A model generated the notes under the pieces. It was not told the DNA's origin. It saw only the letters and a program-made list of their open reading frames with translations, and searched no databases. A program made the translations under genes and the position numbers. 64,000 nt of DNA from Paramecium tetraurelia (Eukaryota): NCBI GenBank assembly GCA_000165425.1, contig CT868662.1, positions 62,001-126,000 of the forward strand. Reading direction: 5' to 3'. Positions 1 to 14,757 of this stretch are shown in pieces (the first letter of the stretch is position 1; each line of letters opens with the position of its first letter).

Positions 1-3000
1 ATTATGTAGTGGAATTCAATAGTTTAATAAACACCATTGATTTCATTTTGATTTGGATTAAATTCAACATTATCTATTTCATATCCATAATTGAGTTAAT
101 AATAGCTTGATTGTATGCCCATGATTCCCAAAATTCCACTTTTTAAATAATCCAAATCGTTATCGTAGTCATAATATTAGCCATATCTATTAACAAACTC
201 AATCTGAGAAACATTATAAAACTAGCAAAATGGTATTTCATTGTAAAGTACTAAACAAATATCTTAATCGATGAGCTTTTTAAGAGAATTAACATCCTCA
301 GTTGGTGGTAAGGTAGAAATAACATCATTAAATAAAGATTTCATGGTTTCACTGAATGTCGTTTACAATTCAATGAACAATTAGATCATTTGATTACCAT
401 CATCAAAGCTCTTAATCTACTATTCAGAATAAATGTGATTTTCAATGAATTTACTGTAGATTTATGGCTAAGATTTAATAATCAATCCACTAAACACAAG
501 AATATCAATATTAACACTAAATTTGACATATTGAGATTCCAATTTTACTATTGGGATCATCCTTTAAGTTTAGGAATCATACAAAATATACAATCCCCAA
601 ATGAAGCATAAGTAAATGATTAAGAAAATGACTATCTTCAACAGTTGGAATTTGAATCTAATTCTGATGTGTTTTATTCTGGAATTTAAATTCGAGGTTC
701 GATTAGATTTACCTTGAATCAGTTTGGTTTTGTATATGTTATCATAATCATTCTAGAACACATAAGACCAAAAATTGATTCTTTTCCAAGAGTCTTCTCC
801 AGCAATATTTTTTAAGGACTATAAGAGATATTATATTTTAACAATCTCATTCATTATTTCTTATTCTTTCACTCTTCCCACTAATAATGTAAGAGTCTAA
901 TTTTGAATTTGGATTTTTAAACTAAAGATGAATTACACACAATAGAGAAGTAGCATCAAAATTGTATTAGTGATAATGGATATCAGTTGATTAGTTTACT
1001 GTAAATCTGTAATTAATTTAAATTAATTTTCCAACTCATCCATAATTAATACAGTGATCAATCGCATGTTTTTTACATTATATCTTAAAATGGTCATTGC
1101 TTAAATATAATCTGAATTGATCTCCTCATTGACTAAAATTTACTTAGTGAAGAAATTCATATAATCTATAAATTAAGTTAGCTTTACTTCTTTGAACTTA
1201 TACAATCCTTAAGATTAATTGATATAAGGTAGGTGTTCCTCAGTTTCAATTAAGGATGGATATATTAAGGAGACATTCCCCAACATGAACTGATTTATTA
1301 ATTTCATTTAATATTTGTTTTGATTTTTCTAGAACTAACTTATATTTAGGATACTATAGTTAGAGCAAGTAGTGATCCAAGCTAAGGTGGCAGTCTTAGA
1401 ATAATATCTATTTAAATTCATAGGGACTTTCATATTTGAAGTTATAGTTTGAAACGTCTAATACCCTGCATAGAGTTTTACACTGTTGAAGATGCATAGA
1501 AAAAGATTAACTATAACAGTTAGCATGCATATCAAGATTATTGCCTTGACGTTGTTGGTATATTTAATTTTATTTTAAAAAAGATTATTAAAATACGTGC
1601 TAGTTCTGCTTGATTATCTTGAAATGCCACTCGATTGACTTTGATTGATAGCCATTTCCATTTCGCTGATATTTCGTTTTTAGTTCTTAATACTCTATTG
1701 ATGAGGTTGTATGCTATCGTTTTCTTTACAAAATTACAACCGATTTGATTGAGGAGGAGAAAAGAAATCTTCTTACTTTTCATCAGAACTAGAGGATGAA
1801 TTCTGTCCTCCTGCAAAATCATTTATTTCACTCTAAATCTCAGGTTTGAGGAAGATAACTCTCCTGCTGGAGTTCCCCCCATTAGTTTCAAGTCTTATAT
1901 TTTCAGTAGTATTGGTGTTGGATTTGCCTACTTGACATACATTGATTTCATCAAACTCAGTCTGATTTTCGATTCTCTACATGAACTGACTTTAAATTCG
2001 TATTGACTATTTCATTTACGATTCTAGATCCTTAAAGACAGCCTCACTCCCAGCTTTTTTATCGTAGTTTTTTCTGTAATCAATAATTTCTAGTATGTAA
2101 AATCCTTTTACTTTTTCATTCTGTATAGGATAATATTAGAGTTGAAACTTTATGAAGTAGGTGACATAGATATCAAGCTACAAATAATCAGAAGAATTAC
2201 ATTATTATAGATAAATTTGATGGCACTTTTAGCGAATTCTTCATTTAATAAGCTTCTGTCTATTTCTGTAAACATTCTTCTTCTCAAAATAGCTTTTACA
2301 TTATTATTAGTGAGTTCAGAACAATTAGTGTAACTGGATGCATACAAAGCAGGATCTGTGACTGTATGTTTAGTGAACTTCTTCGCTTGTCTCGAAAAAT
2401 CATCATGAAATTCCATCAGATTCTGAATGATAATAAATTGTGTGTCTTCTAAGAACTATACAAGTTGATTATGCTATTTCTGTTATTAATATTCTTAGAT
2501 GATAGTAAAGATTTCAGGCATAAAGTAATAGATGTACATTTACTTGGTTAACTCCTCTTAATCTATTTAGTTAACCTTCTAATTATCTCTGATTAGAATT
2601 TCATAAAATTGCTAAGTAATTCCTTAGATGTGACCTTGATCATCAAATAAAATAAAATCCTATTGTTTTTGACCTTAATACATCACTCCTTTTATTACAA
2701 AGTCATCCACAAAGTTAAAATCATTAGAAAACTTTAATTGCAATGGCATTATAAAATGATCTTTATTTTTACCAAAGACTGTCTTAAATTGAACGAAAAA
2801 AGGGGATTGTCCCTTTTTTAGAAATTCTGTTAACATTTCATTGTGTATATTGCTAATGAAATCAGGTATAATTTGATTTACTGATAATAATGCATTATAT
2901 TCAGAGCTTTTATGATAACCAAAGAGACTCCCAATTTTCTGTTTATTCTTATTCAATATCTCTCCTTGCTTCTTTACCAGACTGACAGCAATCACTGAAA

Positions 3001-4735
3001 TCTTGTCTGTAATCAAGGCTAAAGAGGTTAATTCATTTTATTTTAGGGTTTATTCGAAGTAATACACAATTTAAATCTACTTTTCACACAGGTAACTGTT
3101 CAATTAATCATTCATAATCAAAGAATAGTATAAGGATAATACTCTTAGATGATAAATATTATTGATTAAAGTAATGCTTAAGTCATTAATATCTCTTTCG
3201 AAGATTTTAGCTAACATCTTTCTGACTTGATCAATGAGTGATGAGAAGTTGACCAATTTCATTTGTAAATCGTATATGTTTTTGAATCCTCTGATTTGAG
3301 ACTACCAAATATCTATTTTTTTGTTAATCAATTAAGAAATTAAGGGAATTAATTCAATTTCCTATTATTCAAATTCAACCAAGTCTTTGGATGTCAAATA
3401 AGTATATTTATTCCAATTTTATGCTACAGTCGTACTATAAAGAACCTGCTGGATCTCTTTCTCTATGTTTTTTGTAATGTCAAGAACCATCAATTTAAAA
3501 TACCAACTTTGGTTGTGTCCATTGAATATTTGATACTGTTTAATCTTCATCAAACTCAAGGAATATTATTTCTTTATGAATGCGATATAGCTGATTTTAT
3601 AAAGGAATAGGGATTCATCTTCATTTTAGAATATCCTTGAAATTAAGCACTCTAAGATATGGGAATATACTTATGCCTCATTAAAATAAATCATTACTTA
3701 GCACTTCTATTCGCAATACTTCTGGTGCAAATTCATCACGTTGCAACTCAAAAAGGATTGATGGATGTTGGTCTACTCCTTCTGCTGTTCCTTGAGGTAC
3801 AGAATTATTTTGAAATAAAGAGACTATTACTCTTATGAAATTGCTTAGGAAAAGAGATGGAAGCAATTATTATAGAGAAGAATTCGAAAGATCTATCTGC
3901 TAGCAAAATATCCCAATACGCCCAGAATCAACTCATATATAACGACTGCCTATTCAAATTAAAGCGATGCATCCAGAAGCCTTGTTATGGTGCATACTAT
4001 TTTAATGGAATTTAAACAAAACTATAACTAATTGTCAGACAAACTGTAAGGGTAATAGTAGAGGATATCAGCTGTCTCCGATATTGTCCATAGTAAGGCA
4101 CTTATCAAGGTTATGATGTACATCGTATTGTCTTGATCACTGTTGTAAAAATAAAATAAAATTGTCGTAAACTTCAGTATTTGAGACAGCAATCCTATTA
4201 TCGTGAGGTCTCTGCACAGCACAGTTTGACTCAAATAAGTGTTCCTCATAAACAAGAGGCTTAAAAATGACTGAATAAATATTATTATTATGGTTATAGT
4301 CCCAAGCATTTATTCAAATAAATTGTTTTCTTCTTTTATCAGTGTATGCGCAGTTATGGATATTTATAAATAGCAGATAAATTGCGGAAGTAATCCGATG
4401 TATATTAGTATCACCTGTTTAACGATAGCCATTTAATTTAAATTGAAGCAACTTAGTATTAGTAGGTAGGTTAAGATTGCAAAGCTTATAAAAGTAGAGA
4501 AATAGCCTAAAAAGATTGGAATACTATCATAATCCAATAACGATGCTTTCAATATGGTGATCAGAGAATTCAAGTGAAAACTGTCTAATTTAACATGATA
4601 AGAAGCCATAATTATAGAAAAATACTAAGTTAACTGCAATATCCGAAATATGATCAACTGACTCATCTATTAATTAATCTGAAGTATTTCACCATTCAAG
4701 AGCTAACTAATTTACTAATGCATTTTTGTGAGCAT
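1..4735 (-). CDS. Large multi-TM PAS-domain protein (TmcB/TmcC-like ciliate family), 3' end runs off the window
   Basis: ATG at 4735 (MLTKMHQQISQLL..); hydrophobic helices ~3900-4650; PAS-like segment VIAVSLVKKQGEILN..SLFGY..VNQIIPDFISNIHNEML at ~2830-3010; further TM segments downstream; requires TAA/TAG=Gln. Confidence 0.75.
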
Positions 4736-4829
4736 ATTTTTAAAGATTTGAAATTATTATTTGATCAAATATATAATAATAATTAGTAAGCATTAAAATT
4801 AAATCTAGTTTTTTTTACGAAGGGCCAAA

Positions 4830-7800
4830 TCATCTTATTAATTATACTAGCAAGTTCAAATCTCAAATCTTGTAATCCTGTGTAGTTATCTCAATATGTG
4901 ATTGAACTGCTGAGGGAATGTGAGAATAATGAGGAAAATCTGATATATTTAATATGAACTATAGATTGATCATCATAAATTAATTTCTGCTATTGCATTG
5001 TAAATCTAAGTAATTTAAGCTAATTCCTGAGGAACAAAGTCATCCATAAGTTATTTTAATTCATAACTAAGATTAATACATTATAGGTTACTTTAAAATG
5101 ACTCTTTAGGATCTCTCAAATAGCAATTTGTAACTCACCCAAAGAACTTGGTATATAATTGTTTATCATACTTTAAATTGAATGACTGCAGTTTTGCTTT
5201 TGCATATGCAATTAAATTTACTCAGTTAGTAAATTAAACGTGTATTTGACTTTATGGTAGTTATTGGAAACCAAGTACCGATATTTAATCAAATTTTTAT
5301 TTTCATTCCATTCATGGACTAAGGATTGGCTTCCTTGACCATATTAATTGATTTTTTCTCGATTAAACAAATTCAACTCTATCGCCATTTCAGCAAATCG
5401 ATCCAATGTAATCATTTTATCTTTGGTATTCTCATCTATGAAATCTGCGAATGTAATAAATTAATGCAAGGCCTTAGTTTTATTATAAAGATCAGGATGA
5501 ATTGCCTTATACAAGGTTTTAAATTCAGAAAACTCAATCAATTGATTTCCATCCAAATCAGCAGCCTAAAATATCAGTTATAATGAATCTTCACATTGCT
5601 TCTTCTTTGAAAAGTATAAATTCAATATTGTGATCATTTCTGGTTCAAACAATATTTCCTTCTTATGCTTCAATGAATTAAGATATTGATTCACAGTGCT
5701 TTATCCAAGAAAGTTGGCCAGAAATTCATTGCAATACTCAGTCATCAAATCCAATTGAATAATCAAATCATTCTTATGAAAATTGACCTCCTTGTTATTG
5801 AAATATTTCACCGTCTCAACAATCTACTTATAAATAGCTTCATCCATTTCCCCATGCATATAACAGAGTCTAGCCATAAATTACATTTTAGGTAAAGTCT
5901 CCATCTTACTACATATGAACTAAAATATTTATTTTATTTTCTTCTCAGCCACGTTCTTAAAACCATACTTCTTAAGAAAATAATCGTAAATACTAATATG
6001 AAGAGGTATCTTGTAACCCTCTGGATTTTTAGATGCATCCAAAATTAGTGTATAAAATATCTTTAATAACTATATGATTGGAATTATCGGAATCCTAACA
6101 ACCTTTTTAGTAGGTGTCTTCGCTATCAGTTCTTTCATCAAAGAATTGGCAGCATCTGTATTCTAACTATAAATACGTTTCACTTTCTTTTTGTCCTGCT
6201 TGAGTTCATTTAACAAAGACACTCTCATCTAAAGAGGCTTAGTAAATTTCTTAGTAGATTGTCTTTGCAATCCAAATTTTTGAATTAATTCCTTGACATT
6301 ACTCATTCTGTTTTCATCGACCTTTTTGCTTTCTAATTGTAGATCCAATTACAAAGATTGGGTAATTTCAGATTTCTAATCATTCAATGGATTCTCATCT
6401 TCAGCATAGGCTGATGTATCTAAATTTATTTCCTATTTCTCGTCTCCTTATAATTACCCATCACATTCATCTTGATCTTGAAGTACATTTAAATGTAAGA
6501 CCTCATTATTGATCTGAAAAGTCTAATTAATTTTCTGCTTTTCATCATCAGATTTAATTGAACTGTTGTCATCATCTTCCTCTACCTTAATTATATCTAT
6601 CTCTTTGGATATGGCTTCCTTATTGAAGTCAAAAGTATTTTTAAAACTAGGTGTCTTTCTGGTTGGTGATGGAAATTAAGGTGATCGTTTAGAGGATAAC
6701 TATTCCTAACTAATTGAATTGAGCTTTTTCAACAGTTGAGTTTATCCATGCTTTAAAGTTTTTATAGTCAATTGTTTTTCCTTTAGAATTTCTACGAAAT
6801 CTTAAGTTGCCTCCTTAAGATTCTGCTCCAAATTCTAAGCTACAACCTAATGCTCCTTTATGATCAGCATTTGCTCTATATTTTTTGATTGAAATTCTAT
6901 ATATTTATCATTAAGTTTTGTAACGTACTCTTACAATTCTTCATAAACCCTTTGCTTAATTTTTGACTTATTAATAGTTTCTATGACAAAGTCTTCTTAA
7001 GCAATGGAAATAGAAGTTGCACACCTTACAATTTAAGTGGACTCTCTATATTCATCTTCTTTGACCTCATCAAAGATAGCTTTCACACCATGATTAATGA
7101 AATTATGAATGAATTCATTCAAAATAGGTATGCTGCTAAAAATCATTTTATCTGTCTATGTTTATTCTAAAATAATGCAAATAGATACTTTCATCCAAGA
7201 TTACATTCTACATCGCATTTGATTTTCTACGATATTTTTGTATCTTAATCAATTGAGAATCCTCCATGTTATCAAATTCAAGTTGTAATTGCGACAGTGG
7301 AGTTTTGCTTTATTCGTCATCTGAGGTCTTAACAATTTAGATGGGAGACAAGCTTTTATTTTTAAGTTGAATGGGAATTTAAGCCTTTTTGGTCATAATA
7401 TGTGAAACTATGGACTTTCCTTCTTGAATACTTTGTAAGTGCTTGAGTTGCATATTAGAAAATCCATTTGGCAATTGAATTACTACATCAGTGGATTGAG
7501 CTTGATGATTTTGATGCTTCTTGTATTCTTGTGAGATTTATTCTATTTTTTAATAGAGCAATGAGATTTCTTCTCTCTGCTTTTTAATTCTGTCCTCTAG
7601 AAATGTGTTTTTCTTGTCTAGTGCCTCTTTCTCAATTTTAAACTGTTGGAATTCCTACGATAAGGTTAGATAGTCTTATTGATAATTTTTTTGGGTCTAA
7701 TTTAATTGTTAAGATTATTAAATAGTTTTTAATTTTTCAAGGTTCTCTTAATTGGTTTTATTAATATTTGAAATTAAATCATCAATTAAGACAATATAAG

Positions 7801-8511
7801 AATTCCAAACCTTTTCAAGTAACTATCCTCGCTCTTTGCAATCCAAGGATACCTATCTGATGATCTCTTTTAGACAAGACGAGTAGATAAGCGAGATCTC
7901 TTCAGCTATGTTTTGAGTGTTGTTATTCTCTACCGAGACTGATTGCTTCACTTTTTTAATCATGTAATCAAACCACAACTATAAGTCTATTGCCATCTGT
8001 CTATTAGGTAAAGTCGAACTCTATTAAATCTTATCACTTTATTGTTGAATAATCTTCTTCAAGTAAGATTATAATTATGAGGATTTTACATTCTTGAGTA
8101 ATGGATTCAAATCCAAGGTGCCATCTTTAGAATCCAATTCTGTGAAGTTGGTTTTGTAGGACGTCATGCTCTAAGAATTTCTATACATGGTTCCATAAAA
8201 ATTGGTTTTTAATCTTTATTGTGTCTTGGCTAATACTAAACATTTACATATTCATGGAGCTTTGGATCATCCACTAAACTGCTTAACGATGTTGGAACGA
8301 CTGTTTTCTATTGCAAATATGAAGTATCTTGATATCGGGTGATCCTTGTTTTTGTGAGATTTAATGTCAAATTGGCAGAAATACCACTCTGTCTCATTGA
8401 GTTTCCCTCCATAAGAGACATTTGGGAGTTATTTTTGTTTGATTGACTGTTTGTTATAACAGGAGCTTGGGAAGAGTTTGATAGTAAAGGAAGTTGATTT
8501 TTATTAAGCAT
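4830..8511 (-). CDS. Large uncharacterised protein with coiled-coil/low-complexity N-half and a helical C-terminal domain
   Basis: ATG 8511 (MLNKNQLPLLS..), long reading frame in code 6 with a short intron near 8215-8247; segment LHISIYDYFLKKYGFKNVAEKKIKQIF at ~5925-6000; stop position approximate. Confidence 0.6.
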
Positions 8512-8544
8512 AATGATTTTAATTGATTTTTATAGTTAGTCATA

Positions 8545-10566
8545 TCAACCGACAGTAACTGTTTTGGCAAGATTTCTGGGTTTGTCAGGGTCAATACCTT
8601 AAAGATAACATATCTCCAAAGACAGCAATTAGAATACAATGACACTTAATAACCAATTTAACTATTCTCCAATTTTAGGAATCTAGATCAAATGATCAAT
8701 CTTGTTCATAGTGTTTGACAAACTCTAAGCAGAATCAGTGATTACAATAGTCCTGGCATTCCTGGAATGAACTTCACTCAAAGATAACTTCATGTCTTGA
8801 AGGAATTCATCATCCAAAATGATTAAAATGATGGATGTTTCCTTCTCCTTCGATGAATCAATCAATGCCAAAGGTCCATGTTTCATTTCTCCTGAGGCGA
8901 AGGCTTCTGCATGAATATAAGTTAGTTCTTTAATTTTCAAAGCTCCCTCTTTTGCAATTGAATAATTTGATCCTTTACCCAATACGAATAAACTTTGTTT
9001 GGTTTGCAATATTTTAGCAACTAATTTGACACTCGCCTAACATTCCACTATGCCCTAGCCAAATACCATTGGTAGCATTCTTAATTAGTTGACATATTTC
9101 TCTCTTAGAGGTTTCATCTTTGTATTCTAAGGCAAATAATTGTTCTTTTCCTTGTAATAACTAAACCACAATCCAATTAATATTAAAGCTGTCGTCTAAG
9201 AAGTGAATGACTTTGAGGCTGCCACTGCTACTTCTCTTCCTGAATTCAAATAAACACCACAATCAACATTGGTTGCTATTAATGATCCCACTACATTTAC
9301 ACTAATAAAATAATATCATAATTATACACTCCTATTGTAGTAACTCCTTATTGTTTCGCTAGATTCAATACTCTCACTATATCTTTAGTTTCACCAGATT
9401 ATGTAATGAATATTATCCCTACTGATGAATAAGGTAGATCGTAGATTTGAAATTCACTTGCTTCTATTGCCTAAACACTTTCAAAAGTTCTGAAGCTCTT
9501 GTAAATTGGTAAAACACTTTGAGCTGCATTGAAACTACTTCCACATCCAATCAAAATTAGATGCTTAATTTCACAAAGTTCCTTCTCTTTCATATCCAAA
9601 CCTCCTAACTTTGCGCAATCAGTAAAACCTGCTAGTCTTGCCCCATTTCCCAGACATCTCAATAGACTATTTGGTTATTCATGTATTTCCATCTCAAAAA
9701 ATGTTTAATAAGGTTGTTTTGGTTTTAAGTGTACTTGTTCAACCTCTTAATTTTCATTAAAAATTAATCTATGCTTTATCTGATTATATAACTAATTTCT
9801 ATTCTCTAATTACAATAGCATCACTTCGCCATCTTGTAAGGCTATGTAATTCTAAGTATATTTTTCAAATGCAATTTTTTCACTTGCTACAAATATACTA
9901 TTTGCAGCATATCCAACCAAAAGCGGACTTCCTTGTCTACATACAATCATCTAAGCAGGGTTTTCTCTATCAATCACAGCTAGACCCCATTATCCTCTTA
10001 ATCTCGTTAAGACAGATTCAACAGCCTCTAGAAAATTTTGCTTTTATATTTCTTATCCTATCAGTTAGGCGATTACTTCTGAGTCTGTATCTGAAGAAAA
10101 CTAAATCCCTTTTTAAATAAGCTCCTCTTTTAATTCTACATAATTTTCCAATGTCCCATTATGAACTAAGGCTACCCTTTTAGCGATGTCTGAATGGGGA
10201 TGAGCATTGTTGTCAGTTTTGCTTCCACAAGTGGCCCATCTTGTATGACCGATTCCAACTTAACTTTGAATATGTTTCTATAATTCTTGATTTAACTTCA
10301 CGAAGCAGTCCACCTTGTTTATTTAATCACTTGCATGCTTTGATATTACCAACTAATTAATAAATTTATTTGATTACCTCCTTTTATTTGTTGACGGTAC
10401 CAATTCCTGCAGAATCGTAACCTCTATTTTATAATAATTGAACTCCTTCAAAAATTACTTTTTCTGCATTATCCTCTGTAGTTAATACACCAATTATCCC
10501 ACAGCACTTAACACTATAATTTATTAAGCTTCCTCCAAGTCCTAGAGCAAATAATTTTTTGAACAT
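8545..10566 (-). CDS. GFAT/glmS: Glutamine:fructose-6-phosphate amidotransferase (isomerizing)
   Basis: [29 protein letters not shown], two SIS domains ([24 protein letters not shown]), C-terminus [14 protein letters not shown]; short introns near 10350-10377 and 9303-9327. Confidence 0.97.
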
Positions 10567-11343
10567 TTTATAATTCAATCAAATTTGAAATGTATTCATA
10601 TATACTATGTATACAAAAATTATGTGTCACAAATTTGAGAAATGATTTTAATTAATTTTTATAGGCACTATTAAATATATATAAGCAACAATAAATTAAT
10701 ATCAAAGTTATATTGAATATATCCTTAATGTTGATATACAATATATATTCAAGACAAATGTTAAGTTAAATTTTCAATTGATTTTTGATTAAAAATGGTT
10801 ATTCTGAATTCCTGATTCGTTAAATTTGAGGAAAAACTACAAAATTATTAGCATAATTTTCTTTAATCTTAAGGTGTTATTATAATTTAATTATTTATAT
10901 AATTATTATTTACCTAAACCAGAAGATGATCTTTATGATCTTGCAACTGTTCAGATTCAATATTAATTGTCAATTCAGATAAATATTTTCAATGAAGTTT
11001 TAAAAATAAAGATGATTTGAAAAATAGAAATATAAAATTTTACCGATTTTTATTGAGTTCATGTCAAATAATAAATGGCATAAAATTTTGATTATTCATT
11101 ATTAAATTAGTTTTCTAGAAGTATTTATCGATATTATATATTAGAAATAAATAAAATGATAATATTTTTGGGGTTTCCACGGAGGACATTGTATATGCGT
11201 GTTTAAGTATTTTTCTTACTTATCTGTACTTATTTCAGAAATTATGTTTTATTTTTAGATACTAGAAACTGATTGGTATTTTATAAAGTCACTATAAAAC
11301 AAAATTGATTTGATTAATATCATGATTAATATAATATATTAAA

Positions 11344-11559
11344 ATGGGAACTTGTGCTGTCTCAAAGTCGTAAAAATCAATCAATAATGGTGAACTACAT
11401 GAAGTTGTTGCACAGGTTAGGCTTTCCCAAGATTTTGAATCGATTTTAAAATAGAGAGCAAGTTAATCATCATATTTAAATCCCTTCAAAAATCCTATTT
11501 TAAATCGAAGATTAAAGGAAATTCCGACTTCGCCTTAACCACTAACCTAAATTGAATGA
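11344..11559 (+). CDS. 71-aa microprotein with MG-x-C N-terminus, paralog of 11769-11972
   Basis: Intronless code-6 ORF MGTCAVSKSQKSINNGELHEVVAQVRLSQDFESILKQ..LNPFKNPILNRRLKEIPTSP..; aligns with its neighbour. Confidence 0.8.
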
Positions 11560-11768
11560 AATTTTTAATTACCTTTATTGTTTCATATATATTGTAAAAT
11601 ATGAGAAAATATTTTTTTTTCTGTTTATTCGCTCGTCTCGTCATAAATATTTTAGATTTATTGTTTTGAATGTTTCAAGAATTTTAAAATCGAAATGTAA
11701 TTTATTAATCACATTCTAAAAACCAATTTAAAATGAAAATCAGAAGATAATTTATTAAATAAATTATA

Positions 11769-11972
11769 ATGGGAATCTGCCATGGAAGCACAAAAAACAA
11801 CAATGGGTAGTTGAAATAAGTGATGGCCAAGGTCAGAAAATCTTAAGATATTGACATCATCTTAAAGGAGACAACCGAAACCTATACTACATACAACCCA
11901 TACATGAACCCCATTCTCAATCGTCGTTTGAGGGAGTAATCCACTCCTACTTATTCAAATGTTCAACAATGA
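11769..11972 (+). CDS. 67-aa microprotein with MG-x-C N-terminus, paralog of 11344-11559
   Basis: Intronless code-6 ORF MGICHGSTKNNNGQLKQVMAKVRKSQDIDIILKE..YNPYMNPILNRRLREQSTP.. Confidence 0.8.
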
Positions 11973-12662
11973 TTGAATAATTATTTTGTGTTCATTCTTA
12001 TTTCACTAAAATTAGTTAATAACGATATACATTTTGTTTTCCAAAATTAGTTCAACAGTAAGTCCAAAGCAATTATATTCTTGAATAATGCTCTTTTCTT
12101 CTGTGTTCACTTTCAACACTCGTGAATGACAGATTGGCTCAAAATTGTAAAGAAACAATTGATATGGTGAGACCTTACATCATGAAATTATCGACGCCTT
12201 AATAATCAAGATTTGATAAAATTACACTATCAAATGAATCGTCATCACATTATCATCAACCAAGTTATACTATCAAATAAATGAGAAATAAAAAATAACA
12301 AAGAGATTGCGTTTTTTTGCTTATTTTAAAAAGCAATAACGCTAAATTACTCCTTAAACTCATCATGTAATATATAAATTTTAATGATATTTTAATTATC
12401 TATTCAGTTCACATCAACCTCCATTGACTACAAAATTAAGAGACTAATCTATTATTAAATGAGTGTAATTAATATGAAATATTATAATATTTTTATTCAG
12501 ATATATTCTTTTGAAAACTTTATAAATTTCTAAGCGAATATGATTCTTTAATCTAGTTCCTTGGAAAATAGCGAATTAAATGAAAAATTCTGAATTTCTT
12601 GATTTCCCTTAAATAAATGGTTTTGATAAAAAAATAATTAAATTTTCAATATTTATATTGTA

Positions 12663-14314
<1,652 letters not shown>

Positions 14315-14757
14315 ATTATTTTAATTAATTTTATAAAATTTTATTGAAATATGTATCAGTTTATGAAAATTAATAGTCCAATTCACTAAAACTCCCATCT
14401 ACCTTGTTCTTCTCTTATTCCAGATATTAATTACAAACTCTCTTTAAGTTTTGTGATGAGACATGGGTAATCATAAATTCTTGAAAATAGATAACTGTTA
14501 TTTTTGAATGAACTGGAAAACTAGTAATGGTTTGAAAATATCAAACTTATAGGATTTAGGCTTAAATCTAAAATGTTAAATTAGTATTTTAATATGAAAG
14601 TAAGATTTAAAATTAGCCAAGTGATGTAGATTAATTTGGAGTGAAAACTGAGAAAGACATTGATTTTTATATAGAATTAATGATTGAATTGATGTTGTAA
14701 TTGGGTTGAGTTAAAATAATCAAAGTTTTATTTTATTATCATTCGACCAAATAAAAA

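Noticed and set aside
390..611. Short standard-code ORFs antisense to or out of frame with real genes (also 5326, 5686, 9869, 12982, 25770, 26415, 27401, 37046, 50713, 54691, 56612)
   Set aside because: Shadow ORFs of genes on the other strand or frame; no protein-like motifs
5880..6010. Possible TSNAXIP1-like or EF-hand assignment for the 4830-8511 gene
   Set aside because: Only a vague resemblance; not supportable without a profile search
8545..10566. Apparent premature stops suggesting GFAT and other enzymes are pseudogenes
   Set aside because: All are TAA/TAG (Gln) or fall inside tiny introns
12164..12427. 87-codon code-6 ORF and an imperfect hairpin GCGTT..TTGCTT/AAGCAA..AACGC at ~12309-12342
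   Set aside because: No recognisable motif; such frames arise by chance with a single stop codon, and the hairpin is weak
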